A stretch of 63,576 nt of DNA, the filler included, from Basidiobolus meristosporus CBS 931.73 (Eukaryota > Fungi > Basidiobolomycota): assembly GCA_002104905.1 (NCBI GenBank). It is 4 parts of 4 records of this genome, joined end to end, with 100 filler letters (N's around TTAATTAATTAA, not from the genome) between each part and the next. Parts side by side here need not be neighbours in the genome. Positions count along the whole stretch, not along the records: positions 12,296 to 40,233 come from MCFE01000892.1; 3 more parts are not named here. One strand, written 5' to 3'. The notes beneath the pieces are model-generated. The model saw only the letters and a program-made list of their open reading frames with translations. It did no database searches and was not told the origin of the DNA. Within the stretch, counting starts at the first letter, position 1; each line of letters opens with the position of its first letter. This document shows positions 28,833 to 39,512 of this stretch, in pieces. Made by a program: the position numbers and the translations under genes.

Positions 28833-31800
28833 TTAACTCCTCCAACAAAGATCCAAGTCTCGCGTCTTTCCTTGCTTCCCGATATCATACAATCGATAGG
28901 AGCTGCCGTTGAAATTTCGCTTCTCGAATTCACTATTGCTCGTGGCGACTGGCGGATGGCTGCGATTGTTGGTCTGCTCGTAATGTCCCGCCTTCCTGAT
29001 TTTTAGGACACCACTGCACCACTCATGGCCATCTTTTCGTTGAGCTTGCCTCATGCTCACTGCATCTTTGAACTCAACAAAGCAAAAATGCCTTTGAAGT
29101 CCGGTATGGCGGTCATGGATCAGCTCCACCTGCTTAACTGAGCTACGCAAATCCCCAAAAGCTTTAATGACATCCTCAGTGGTGTACGAGGTGTCATTGA
29201 ATCCACCCACCCACAGTCTATAGGGCCCTGGCGATGATGTCATGGCTGGATTTTGATCAGCTCGCATGCTTGTAAAATGGCCTGATTTGGGCTCTGTTGG
29301 ATGTACATGAGGTGATTTGGCGCGTGTTGGTGGGATGGCCTTGAGTCCATTGCTGAATGGCGGGCCACTCTTTCGAGCACCCAGGTCTGCAGAACGGGAA
29401 ACAACTTCGGGATCATATTCATCATCGTTCCACTCAAAGGCTCGGTTCAGCACAATGCCGCTGGATAATTTGGTATCCCAGTCCGTTGAGGGATTGAATG
29501 TTATTGGTTCGCCCCAACCAGCCGCGTTCTCCTCTCTAGGTTCTGAAGAATCCCAACTGGATGTTTGTTTCGAACCATCCAGCGTTGCGGATGCTGTTTC
29601 AGTTCCACACTCTTCAGCAACTAGATCATCCCAACTATAGATTCGATCTGAATCCTTGCTAGTGGTTGTTTCGGTTACATGTTCGTTGGTGGGGCATTCG
29701 ACGCTGGACGGTTGTACCAATTCTTGTCCAGCCATGACTCGTGGTGGTATACTTTCTTCTGGCAGCTGACCATCCCACATAGAAGCTGGCTTTGCATCAT
29801 CGTCGGCTTTAGGCGATGGTGCATCACCTTTGCCACAAGTTCGCAGCTGGATTTGAGCAAGTGGTCGGACCTCCTTGGCGATTTTTTTACCTGACTTGTT
29901 GTAGCATGAGGCGGAGATATAGTTTTCTGCTAATGGTAAGTCAGTCAGGTAAGACACATTATACAACTTAAATTCCATCCAACAATACCGATGGAAACTG
30001 TATGGGTGGCCTCCTTCGGTAAACTTGTTCCTACGGGGTGAGATCTACATGTATTCCTCAAACGTTGAGCGAAATTAACACCTAGTGTAGTCTCAGTTCA
30101 ACACAACATGTTATGTTACAGATTCGGGCATCAACACAATACCTGCCGATCTAGTTTCTGCAGCAATAGTCCCATTCGCTATGTTTAGAATCAAAGAACC
30201 CTTGTCTAATTCTGGAATCCCGAAGGTGTGGAAATGCCGTAAAGTGCCTTGAGTGCTAGGTAAATCGTTAAAAATCGCAAGGCCACTTTGGATTAAGTTC
30301 ACCTGGTGTGGGCTAGTTTCGAGTCAAGGTTATTATGTTTGTGTCCTAGGCCTTTGCATTTTCCTGAGAAAGGCAAGTTACCTGTATGTCGCTTTTATAT
30401 CTGCCTTGATTTGGGACCAAATCTTTAGAATGTTGGCTCGCTCTGCCATCATGCGAGTATGATGGAGGTGGGGATCGATTGAATGCGACGGCTCAATTGT
30501 GCTTTGGCAGTAATGCGCATAGTCGGCAGCATAGATTATATAGTCGGTCTGGTAGTAGAGTGAACTTCATGCCGGGGGTGCAAACAGACCGCAAAAACCA
30601 CTTACTTGGAGTGCATGTGCAAGTTGGGCTATGACCTTCTGCTTAATTGGGCCAACATGGGTCAACAGGATACGAATTTCAGAAGGGTCGTAGACCTTGG
30701 CGATCGGTCAGAAAAGCTCACATCAGAAGAGAAGGAAGGCTTTACTCACCTTTTGGGCTGCTTGAACAAGTCTTCCCATCCCAGCGAGGTTAATGTATCT
30801 CCCATTGGATTGGCCTTCAGAATGTTACTCATAGCTCTATTTTCCATGAAGTAACATATCACTTACCATCTTCCAAAGTAAATAGTTGATTAGATGAGAA
30901 GCCACCAGACATCCCAAATAATCGAATCTTCATCCCGCCAATTTCAAGTGCCTCATTGCTTCCAGCATGTAAAATCTGTAAATGAGGCACAAGTCCTTTC
31001 ATCACGTTGCTCAGTAAGGTCGGATCCTCGTCAATACCACAGACAGCAAAAACTGGTGTAGCAAAGCACATGGATCCTGACAGGATAGACGTAAACTGAG
31101 AGAGCTTTTGACAATCGGGGTGTTTGCGCAGAATCTCGATTGGTAAGCTATGCAATCTTTTCTTATCCTCCTGCAGCAGAAGTGGACTGGATGATATGAT
31201 GCTTCTTAAAGAGCTTCTCGGTGTTTGGAGTTTAGCGTCAAGAATCCTGTCGAAATAGCTTGAGGTCCTACCTTTCCGGAATTCGAGAGTAACTATGATT
31301 GTCTAGACATATTGGACTTAATACACGGTGTTATTTGGAATTAGAAAACACCATTACCGTGCACTCCAAACTCGCCACAATGCAGAACCGCCACAGCGTT
31401 ATAGCTTTTGGCGAGTTTATTAAGGAGTGAAAAGTTCCCTATATAATACGTGGTTAAGAGTAATTAACATGTGCTACAGCATTTTTAGAGGTCTACATAG
31501 GTTGCGTATGGACTAAGGTCGTAATTAAACTATATTTCCCATACCTCTTATATTCGAAACACACAGAATATTTCCAGCGTTCGTTTCAAAAATCGAATAG
31601 TTTTTTTCAGCACACCCTAGAGAGTCTGAAAGTTGCAAAGCACAAGGGAAGGTACATTCCAATTAGCATGTATCGCAACAGTTAGTTGAAGGTACAACGT
31701 GTTTTTCTGGCGTACTTGAAGAACTTTTGTTGACTTGACCCTTGCCGACGACGAAAGTCGCCTTGGGTTTCGTTCGATTGTTTGCGGACCAATTTTGCCA

Positions 31801-31926
31801 ACTAGAAGTGTCATATCTGGAAGAGCACGAGTTCTGTTGGCATTCTGTATTACCATGCAACGTTCGAGGGGGTCTAAATGAGTATTTCTGCTCCCTCTTA
31901 GCACTCAAAGTATGTTCTGGCGTCAT
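28833..31926 (-). CDS. Multi-exon protein with phosphoesterase-like N-terminus (DUF2433-like) and C-terminal RRM; 5' end uncertain
   Basis: VLHCGEFG, IRLFGMSGG, KVYDPSEIRILLTH pieces; RRM RNP2 LWVGG and RNP1 RHFCFVEF. Confidence 0.55.
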
Positions 31927-32538
31927 ATACGAAGTACTTTATAAAATAAATGGAAGTACGTGGAAGCAATGTGCCAACACATAAATGCTCCTAATGATAT
32001 CACCCTAAAGTCAGGTTATCGATCATATACGATGGCATATATTTTCATTCCGCATGCATTGGATATAATAGCTGGAATTAATGTTGTACTTTTGTCTGAA
32101 TTAGCGTATAGGAATAACTCAAGATGGGCAGCTTGGGGATGATTAAGCTTATTGAAATCAGGATAAAGAGTCACTTTCCAATTGATTTTTCATTTAGTTT
32201 TCTGCAATATTGGTTTGTATGTCACAATACAACATAGGGTGATGAAAATCATGAATGGCAGAACTCTTAGTGGAAGGAAAGTCACCAGTTTAATGAAATC
32301 ATTATTTTACTGAGTACAAAACACTAAAGCTAAAATAAAGAACATAGCTAAGAGTTGTTGAATCCCCTAAGTAAATATTCTAACTTGAACTTTGCTTGAG
32401 CAATATTTTGCTGAATGAACTTAAGTTCTTGGGTGAAAGCAAAACTGAGAGATTAGGGGGGGGGACTCACAAATTGAACATTATACTTATCTATATTATG
32501 GATATTTCAGCAAAAAGCTTGAATTGTGTAGACAAGGG

Positions 32539-32808
32539 TGTTGTAAATGTTGACAGAGTCTTGAAGATACTGGAAGTGATTGGGAGAACAAGTAAATTAT
32601 GTGGTTTTCACTTAATGATTTATTGAATTTAAGAGTAGTATTTGTACTTTTACATTGTCTTGGCATAATAAACATATAGAATATGTTAAGGAAGGTCACA
32701 AGTGTTATAAGGATTTGTTGTTTGACCAAAATATTCACCTAACTTAGTCACCTAGATCATTGCCTACAAATGTTAGAGAATACTGCCTAAATTCATTATC
32801 AGGATTTA
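32539..32808. mobile_element. Two Copia LTR fragments (minus then plus orientation); the second is cut by the telomeric array
   Basis: 32539-32705 matches the start of 41543-41891; 32729-32808 (AAATATTCACCTAACTTAGTCAC...AGGATTTA) matches the 1675 LTR, which continues CTTGG. Confidence 0.75.
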
Positions 32809-34062
32809 GGGGGGGGGAGACAGTCACCAACAGGTGAAATCTTTATTTCAGTTAAAACAAAGAAGCCAGTGCTACTGTTGTAGCTCCAATACAAGAGTGT
32901 GTAGCTGAGGGGAATTTGTACGTAGGTTAATCAGGAGAGATGATAGTGCTTCAGTGCTCAAGACACTGTTCAGTGGGAAGGGTGGTAGCAAGAGGGGTAA
33001 TAATGATTTGTGAACAACATTAATGAGGGGAATATGATAAGGATTGATATTCATCATAAAGTGAGTGTGCTGCTGCAGATATTGCTGCCAAAGGTCTGTC
33101 AAGTACTTCAGGTTGGCCAGCTTGGGTTTTTCTGACTGTAGAATATAGTTAGCAAACTTCTTGACTTCAGGATCTTCAAGTATACTTCTCCAGCAGGAGC
33201 CAGGTGTAGTGTGGTGTGTTCTCTTCCAGGTCTTGATCAGTGGGTTGTTGCAGTGGTGAAGTCTGAGATATAATCTGGTTCTAAGGTAGAGAAGTCTGAT
33301 CTTGTAGGGCATAAACCCAAAAGCACCAGGAATAGCATGTCTGTAGGGGCATTCATGTAGATGAGGCACCAGGGATGTAATGCACCAGACTGCAAACTTG
33401 TCAAGTTGAGTGCAGTCTCTAGAAGTAAGAGAGAAAGGTAGTAAGCCAAATTCCAGGACAGGGAACACAAACTGCTGAGTAGAAGGAGGCAGCTGGGAGC
33501 TGAAGTTGTAGGAGGAGTTACAGCCAGTTGCTTGTGGAGTGCTTGTCTTGCCAGGATAATTCTCTTCTTCAGGTGTGCTCCAGAGTCTAGTCCAGTAGGA
33601 AGGAAAGGAAAGCCAAGATATGTAGCAGAGACTTGAGCAGGTAGAGTGCAGTTATCTAAGTTGATAGGACAACCCAGAGGTACTGTCTTTGCAATGGAAA
33701 GCAGGAGATTATTCTTCTGCAGATACTGGTGGATGGTCTGGGAGTCTTGTTGCACATTGGAGGAGGACATTCTGATGTCATCAGCAAAGAGAGTAACCAG
33801 GCAGTCAGCTGAGAGTCTTGGGAAATCATTGAGGAAGATGACAAACAGTATAGGACCAAGCACAGAGCCTTGAACCACACCATTAGGAACTGAGAATACA
33901 GCTGATTGCTCACTTGGGTGCAGAATTCTTGCTTGTGGATCCAGAAACAGAGACCTGACAAGGAGGGTGAGGGAGGTCATAGAGAAGCATTGCAACTTGG
34001 ACCAAAGCAGATTTCTGTCAACTGAATCAAAGGCCTTAGTAATATCAAACAAAACAGAGGGA
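32809..34062 (-). mobile_element. Telomeric LINE family A, copy A1: 5'-truncated, frameshifted, most diverged
   Basis: 3' signature G9-AGACAGTCACCAACAGGTGAAATCTTTATTT; RT FDITKAFDSV, GVVQGSVLGP, FADD; 1-nt deletion near 33476 splits the ORF. Confidence 0.92.
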
Positions 34063-34192
34063 TTAGGGGGAGGGAAAGTCACCAAGGTAGGTGAAATCTT
34101 TATTTGATTTCAGACAAGTCTAACTACAAATAAAGAAGCCAACTGGGAATAGAAGATTCCCAAAGTAAACACTAAGTTGAATATGAATAAAT

Positions 34193-34921
34193 CTAAGCTA
34201 AAGTTAAAGCAGTATCCCAGAGTACACTGGAGTTCAGGTTCATGGGGGAGTGAAGTAGATAGGCTTGAGAGATATAATAATCTTTTAAGAAGTGGGTAAC
34301 AGCGGGTGAAGGGGAGTTTTTGATAAGTGAAGTGAATCTTGAAAGCAGAGATTCCTCTAATGAGAAGGTCTTGTAAACTGGAGAATCAGGAAACTCTTTA
34401 AAGGCATGGTCAGTTGGTTCCCAGTAAAACTGGTCAGAGACATTTTGAGAGAATTGTTTAGCAATACTTTTGTCAAGTACTACCTCCAGAGTATGATGGT
34501 TGATAAATCTCATGTTGACAATCTTGGATAAGTTGTAACCTTGTTGCTTGAGATACATCCTATGCTCAGATATAGGAATAAACTCCACATTGGCAAAGTA
34601 GCAGACAGCCCAGTCAGTAGCAGGAGGTAAATCAGAAGTGGCAGGAAACTTTCTTTTGGCCTTGGGAGGAGCAGCAGGATGTCTTGAGGAAGCAGGAACA
34701 GGCTTTTTGACAGCCTCAGAGTAGGAAGAGTGAGCAGGAGCAGATGAATCTTGGGGAGTCTTGTTGACAGGAGGAGTTGGCACAGGGACAATAGATTCTT
34801 GCAGATCAGAAAAGGCAGAAAACAGCTTTTGAACTTGTTTCTTGAGTAAAGCATTTTCAGCTTCAACAAGTGCAAGCCTTTCATCCAGGAAAGAAATCTG
34901 AAGGGAATGGAGTGAAGCCAT
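34193..34921 (-). CDS. Family B ORF1-like protein (242 aa from ATG, MASLHSLQ...)
   Basis: N-terminal heptads ERLALVEAENALLKKQVQKL; central domain aligns by eye with family A ORF1. Confidence 0.8.
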   Translation of the reverse strand: MASLHSLQISFLDERLALVEAENALLKKQVQKLFSAFSDLQESIVPVPTPPVNKTPQDSSAPAHSSYSEAVKKPVPASSRHPAAPPKAKRKFPATSDLPPATDWAVCYFANVEFIPISEHRMYLKQQGYNLSKIVNMRFINHHTLEVVLDKSIAKQFSQNVSDQFYWEPTDHAFKEFPDSPVYKTFSLEESLLSRFTSLIKNSPSPAVTHFLKDYYISQAYLLHSPMNLNSSVLWDTALTLA

Positions 34922-34958
34922 AAGAAATAAGAAGAGGGTAGGATGGGGTGGGTGGGTG

Positions 34959-35489
34959 GGAAAATTAGCAGGGAGAAGAGAAGGAAGGAGCAAAAAATTC
35001 CAGAAGTCAGAATTTATAGATGGATAGACAAGGGTGGATGGATGGAATATTCCTGGGTTAGGAAAATTAGCAGGGAGAAGAGAAGGAAGGAGCAAAAAAA
35101 TTCCAGAAGTCAGAATTTATAGATGGATAGACAAGGGTGGATGGATGGAATATTCCTGGGTTAGGAAAATTAGCAGGGAGAAGAGAAGGAAGGAGCAAAA
35201 AATTCCAGAAGTCAGAATTTATAGATGGATAGACAAGGGTGGATGGATGGAATATTCCTGGGTTAGGAAAATTAGCAGGGAGAAGAGAAGGAAGGAGCAA
35301 AAAATTCCAGAAGTCAGAATTTATAGATGGATAGACAAGGGTGGATGGATGGAATATTCCTGGGTTAGGAAAATTAGCAGGGAGAAGAGAAGGAAGGAGC
35401 AAAAAAATTCCAGAAGTCAGAATTTATAGATGGATAGACAAGGGTGGATGGATGGAATATTCCTGGGTTAGGAAAATTAGCAGGGAGAA
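34959..35489. repeat. 102-103-bp tandem repeat, 5 units plus a partial
   Basis: GGAAAATTAGCAGGG unit starts at 34959, 35061, 35164, 35266, 35368, 35471. Confidence 0.95.
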
Positions 35490-35526
35490 GGGGGGGAGAC
35501 AGTCACCAACAGGTGAAATCTTTATT

Positions 35527-38319
35527 TCAGTTGAAACAAAGAAGCCAGCGCCACTTTTGTAGCTTTGATACAAGCATGTGTAGCTGAGGGGAATTTGTAG
35601 GTAAGTTGATAAGAAGTGATGATAGTTCTTCAGTGCTCAAGACACTGTTCAGTGGGAAGGGGGGTAGCAAGAGAGGTAAGAATGACTTGTGAACAACATT
35701 AATGAGGGGAATGTGATAAGGATTGATATTCATCATAAAGGGAGTGTGCTGCTGCAGATATTGCTGCCAAAGGTCTGTCAAGTACTTCAGGTAGGCCAGC
35801 TTGGGTTTTTCTGACTGCAGAATATAGTGAGCAAACTTCTTGACTTCAGGATCTCCCAGTATAGTTCTCCAGCAGGAGCCAGGTGTAGTGTGGTGTGTTC
35901 TCTTCCAGGCCTTAATCAGTGGGTTGTTGCAGTTGTGAAGTCTGAGGTATAATCTGGTTCTAAGGTAGAGAAGTCTGATCTTATAGGGCATAAACCCAAA
36001 AGCACCAAGAATAGCATGTCTGTAGGGGCATTCAGGCAAATGAGGCACCAAGGAGGTAATGCACCATACTGCAAACTTGTCAAGCTTAGTGCAGTCTCTA
36101 GAAGTAAGAGAGAGAAGTGGTAAGCCAAATTCCAGGACAGGGAAGACAAACTGCTTGAGTAGAAGGAGGCAGCTGGGAGCTGAAGTTGTAGGAGGAGTAA
36201 CAGCCAGTAGCTTGTGGAGTGCCTGTCTTGCCAGGATAATTCTCTTCTTCAGGTGTGCTCCAGAGTCTAGTCCAGTAGGAAGGAAAGGAAAGCCAAGATA
36301 TGTAGCAGAAGCCTGAGCAGGTAGAGTGGAGTTCTCCAAGTTGATGGGAGAGCCCAAAGGTACTGTCTTTGCAATGGAAAGCTGGAGATTATTCTTCTGC
36401 AGATACTGGTGGATGGTCTGGGAGTCTTGTTGCACATTGGAAGAGGATATTCTGATGTCATCAGCAAAGAGAGTAACCAGGCAGTCAGCTGAGAGTCTTG
36501 GGAAATCATTCAGGAAGATGGCAAACAGTATAGGACCAAGCACAGAGCCTTGAACCACACCATTAGGAACTGAGAATACAGCTGATTGCTCACTTGGGTG
36601 CAGAATTCTTGCTTGTGGATCCAGAAACAGAGACCTGACAAGGAGGGTGAGGGAGGTACTGGAGAAGCATTGCAACTTGGACCAAAGCAGATTTCTGTCA
36701 ACTGAATCAAAGGCCTTAGTAATATCAAACAGAACAGAGGGATACTTGCACTGGAGAGAGTGATCTTGGCTAAGTATGACTGCATATTCCAAGGAGAGGC
36801 CAGGAACAAAGCCAAACTGTGCAGGATGAAACTTGAGGGAGTCAGAGTAGAGCTCCTGAGCAAGCAGAAGCTCAAACACCTTTCTGCAGGTGGGCAGCAG
36901 AGATATTGGCCTGTAGGAGCTAGGATTCAGGTGCTTTCCTTTACCCTTGTACAGTGGCAGAACATTTGCAAAGGACCATTCCTCAGGAGTAGAAAGCTGG
37001 GCTGAGCATTGCTGAAACAGTGGAAGCAGAAGTGCAGACATGGCCTTGGTACTAGTCTTCAGAAGCTCATAGGAGATTGTGTCCACACCTGGAGCAGTAG
37101 AATTGGGAAGCCTCTTGAGCACATTATGGATTCTCCCTTGATCAAGTGCAAGTGGGATGGGCAGTGTCTTGAAGTCAGGATGAAAGCAAGGAGTTGAGTA
37201 CTGCTTTGTAGAGAAGAAGATGTTAGCCAGCTGTTCTGTTGAAGGTAACTTCCTGGAAGAGGGCCTCATTGCCCTGTAGAGTCTTGATACTGTTCTTGTT
37301 ATAGAGTTGGAAGATTGCAGAGGCAAAGAACTCATAATATGATCCCAGAGCTGAGTATGCAGAGTGTGGTGAATTGCCTTGGAGTGGTGTATTGCTGTCA
37401 GGAGGAGTTTCTCTGTTTTTGGTTTAGGGAAACTCAGGTAGCTTTGTTGCAGGGCTGAAACAATGGATTCCCATTTTCTTGAGGTAACAGCAGTAGTCTT
37501 GCATGGCAGTGAGAGGGAGGCAGACACCAGAATCAGATGCTTCACAAAGAGCCAGGCATAATTGAGATCATCTGGCAGAGAAAGTAGCAAACTGGCAAGC
37601 TTCAAGTAGTTCCCAAAGTCTTTCTTCTGATTCTTGGTAGCTTTGTGTGTGAGCACAGTAAGTTTTGGCAGCTTCTTCTTCACAACTGGTTGCATAGAAA
37701 GGGACCAGGCTGGGTGGTCAGAGGCTCTCAAGGATCCTAGCTCAGCTCCAGAGAATTGCTTAACTTCATTCACAAAGTAGAGGGCAGCAGCAGAAGGGCA
37801 GATCCAGTCAACACATCTTTTCTCAGATTGAGCACCTAGTGCTAGCAGATGGCTTTCTCTCAGGAAGTTCAGTAGGAATGTAGACCTTGGCTTCATTCTT
37901 GCAGTCAGAGTAGTCTTGTTCTCAGGATGGGGAATGTTGAGATCTCCAAGCAAGATAATAGGTGTTGATATAGATTGCTGGTATTGCTGAACTTTCTGGC
38001 ATATAACTTGCACTTCCTGAAGGGCAAGACTTGGAGGCAGATAGCAGAGCACCAGACTGATAGTTGGCAACTGGAGAGCAGCACAGTAAGGGGAGTAAAG
38101 AGGAACACAGAGCTGAGGAGTACTGATGGTAGAAGAGATGAAGCAGATAGAGGAGGTATTCTTTGTTCTAGGAGTAGAAAAGCAATATAGATTAGTCAAA
38201 AGTATAGAGGGTAGCTGGACATCAATCAAACACAGGAGGGAAAATCTTGAAAGAAGTCTCTCTAGAGCTGGTCTTGATGGCTGTATGCTGTTGCAGTTAA
38301 GCAACAGAACTTCAGGTAG
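35527..38319 (-). CDS. A2 ORF2: APE endonuclease + reverse transcriptase; no ATG before the EN motifs
   Basis: LNCNS, CYLPP, LLGDLN, VDWI, SDH; YRPISLL, QFGF, FDITKAFDSV, QGSVLGP, FADD, YLG; TAG->TGG change extends the C-terminus relative to A3. Confidence 0.93.
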   Translation of the reverse strand, partial: LPEVLLLNCNSIQPSRPALERLLSRFSLLCLIDVQLPSILLTNLYCFSTPRTKNTSSICFISSTISTPQLCVPLYSPYCAALQLPTISLVLCYLPPSLALQEVQVICQKVQQYQQSISTPIILLGDLNIPHPENKTTLTARMKPRSTFLLNFLRESHLLALGAQSEKRCVDWICPSAAALYFVNEVKQFSGAELGSLRASDHPAWSLSMQPVVKKKLPKLTVLTHKATKNQKKDFGNYLKLASLLLSLPDDLNYAWLFVKHLILVSASLSLPCKTTAVTSRKWESIVSALQQSYLSFPKPKTEKLLLTAIHHSKAIHHTLHTQLWDHIMSSLPLQSSNSITRTVSRLYRAMRPSSRKLPSTEQLANIFFSTKQYSTPCFHPDFKTLPIPLALDQGRIHNVLKRLPNSTAPGVDTISYELLKTSTKAMSALLLPLFQQCSAQLSTPEEWSFANVLPLYKGKGKHLNPSSYRPISLLPTCRKVFELLLAQELYSDSLKFHPAQFGFVPGLSLEYAVILSQDHSLQCKYPSVLFDITKAFDSVDRNLLWSKLQCFSSTSLTLLVRSLFLDPQARILHPSEQSAVFSVPNGVVQGSVLGPILFAIFLNDFPRLSADCLVTLFADDIRISSSNVQQDSQTIHQYLQKNNLQLSIAKTVPLGSPINLENSTLPAQASATYLGFPFLPTGLDSGAHLKKRIILARQALHKLLAVTPPTTSAPSCLLLLKQFVFPVLEFGLPLLSLTSRDCTKLDKFAVWCITSLVPHLPECPYRHAILGAFGFMPYKIRLLYLRTRLYLRLHNCNNPLIKAWKRTHHTTPGSCWRTILGDPEVKKFAHYILQSEKPKLAYLKYLTDLWQQYLQQHTPFMMNINPYHIPLINVVHKSFLPLLLPPFPLNSVLSTEELSSLLINLPTNSPQLHMLVSKLQKWRWLLCFN

Positions 38320-39415
38320 TCAGGCAGAGGTTGTAGCTTCTTCAGAGGCAGCATTGACAATGTGACCTGCAGAGTCCCAGAGCTCTTCAAATGGTGCATC
38401 ACTTAAGTCAGCAAGCAGGAAATGGCATGATTCTTGAGGAAGTATGCCACATCATAGGAGGGGGCTTGTCTCTTGATGGCAGCAAAGAAAGAGAGAATGG
38501 CAACAAGGGCTGGAGGCTTGTTGAACAGTAGAGAGTCAGAGGATTCAGATTCTTCAGGCACTATCTTGAAGTCAGTTTTCAGCCAGTTAAGGTTCTTCTC
38601 CACAAAGGCAACAAAGGGGTCAGCAATGTTTTGGTCTAGGATAACCTCCAGAATCTTCCCTTTTCTCCAGGCCAGGTTGACAAATCTTGAGAGCTGAATA
38701 TTGCATGCCTTGAGTGCTCTCCTGATGTTGGAAATGGGAGTCCAGGGAACTTGCTTCAAGTACACCACAGTCCAGGTAGAAGCTGGTGGTAGGTTTGCTG
38801 GGGGCTTGTAAGTCCTTCTGTGTGGCAATGGAGCTGCAGTAGTCAGATTGGATTCCACATTCTCAGTAGAGGGTTTTCTTGATGTGTCTTGCTGAATGGT
38901 ACTGGAGCTGGATGTGCTGATAATTCTTGCTAGAACCTTGCCTGCATAAGTCTGAGGTATAGCTGAGGTAACTGTAGGGGTGGTGGCAGCTGGTGCAGGT
39001 GGAGAGGCAGAAACTGAAGCAGGAACTGAGGTCACCTGGGAGAAGGCAGTAGAAGCAGGTTTTCTGGGAGGAGCAGAGTTCACTATCCAGTTGTTCTGTA
39101 AAACACTGGAGTAGCTTTTCTGTTGAACAGGATCTTGCTCTTGAACAGGAACAGAAGCAGGAGGCTGGGGCTGAGCAGTAGTGGTAAGGCAGTGGCACTC
39201 CAAGGAAGCTTTTTGCAAGGCATCTCTGGCAGTTTTCAGGGCAGCATTGGCTTCATTCTTGAGCTTCTTGCATTGGGCATCCAGTCTCTTGTTTTCAATA
39301 GCCAAGGCAGTATTGGCAGCCTCTAAATCAGCAATTCTCTTCTCAATTGCAAGGAATCTCTGAAGAAATGCATCAGTAGAAGTGCTGGCATCTGGGAGAG
39401 CAGTGGCAGGAATAG
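38320..39415 (-). pseudogene. A2 ORF1, 5'-truncated with a 1-nt deletion near 38415
   Basis: GCAAGCAGGAAAT here versus GCAAGGAGGGAAAT in A3 causes an early stop. Confidence 0.8.
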
Positions 39416-39512
39416 GGTTAGGGTTAGGGGGAGGAAAGTCACCAAGTGGTGAAATCTTTATTTACTTATGACAAGTATTTAAAGGGGTTAGGGGAGGGGA
39501 GGAAAGTCTTTA
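39416..39512 (-). other. Junction of telomeric units and two abortive 3' fragments of element C
   Basis: GGTTAGGGTTAGGGGG, 53-bp C 3' end (39432-39484), GGGTTAGGGGAGGGG, 9-bp AGGAAAGTC, TTTAG. Confidence 0.85.

Larger units (their letters stand above)
34066..35489 (-). mobile_element. Non-autonomous ORF1-only telomeric element family B, copy B1
   Basis: 3' signature AGGGAAAGTCACCAAGGTAGGTGAAATCTTTATTT; one ORF, no RT; 5' tandem repeats. Confidence 0.85.
35490..39415 (-). mobile_element. Telomeric LINE family A, copy A2: full ORF2, 5'-truncated ORF1
   Basis: Same 3' signature; near-identical to A3; ends at ...GCAGGAATAG where TTAGGG repeats begin. Confidence 0.95.

Noticed and set aside
35034-35429. 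Repetitive ORFs in the B tandem repeats (also 61325-61825), or a CRISPR-like array
   Set aside because: Units are contiguous with no unique spacers, and frames shift between copies with the A-run length.
35527-38304. ORF2 as telomerase TERT or a Penelope-like RT
   Set aside because: It has an N-terminal APE domain and non-LTR RT motifs; no TERT T motif or GIY-YIG seen.
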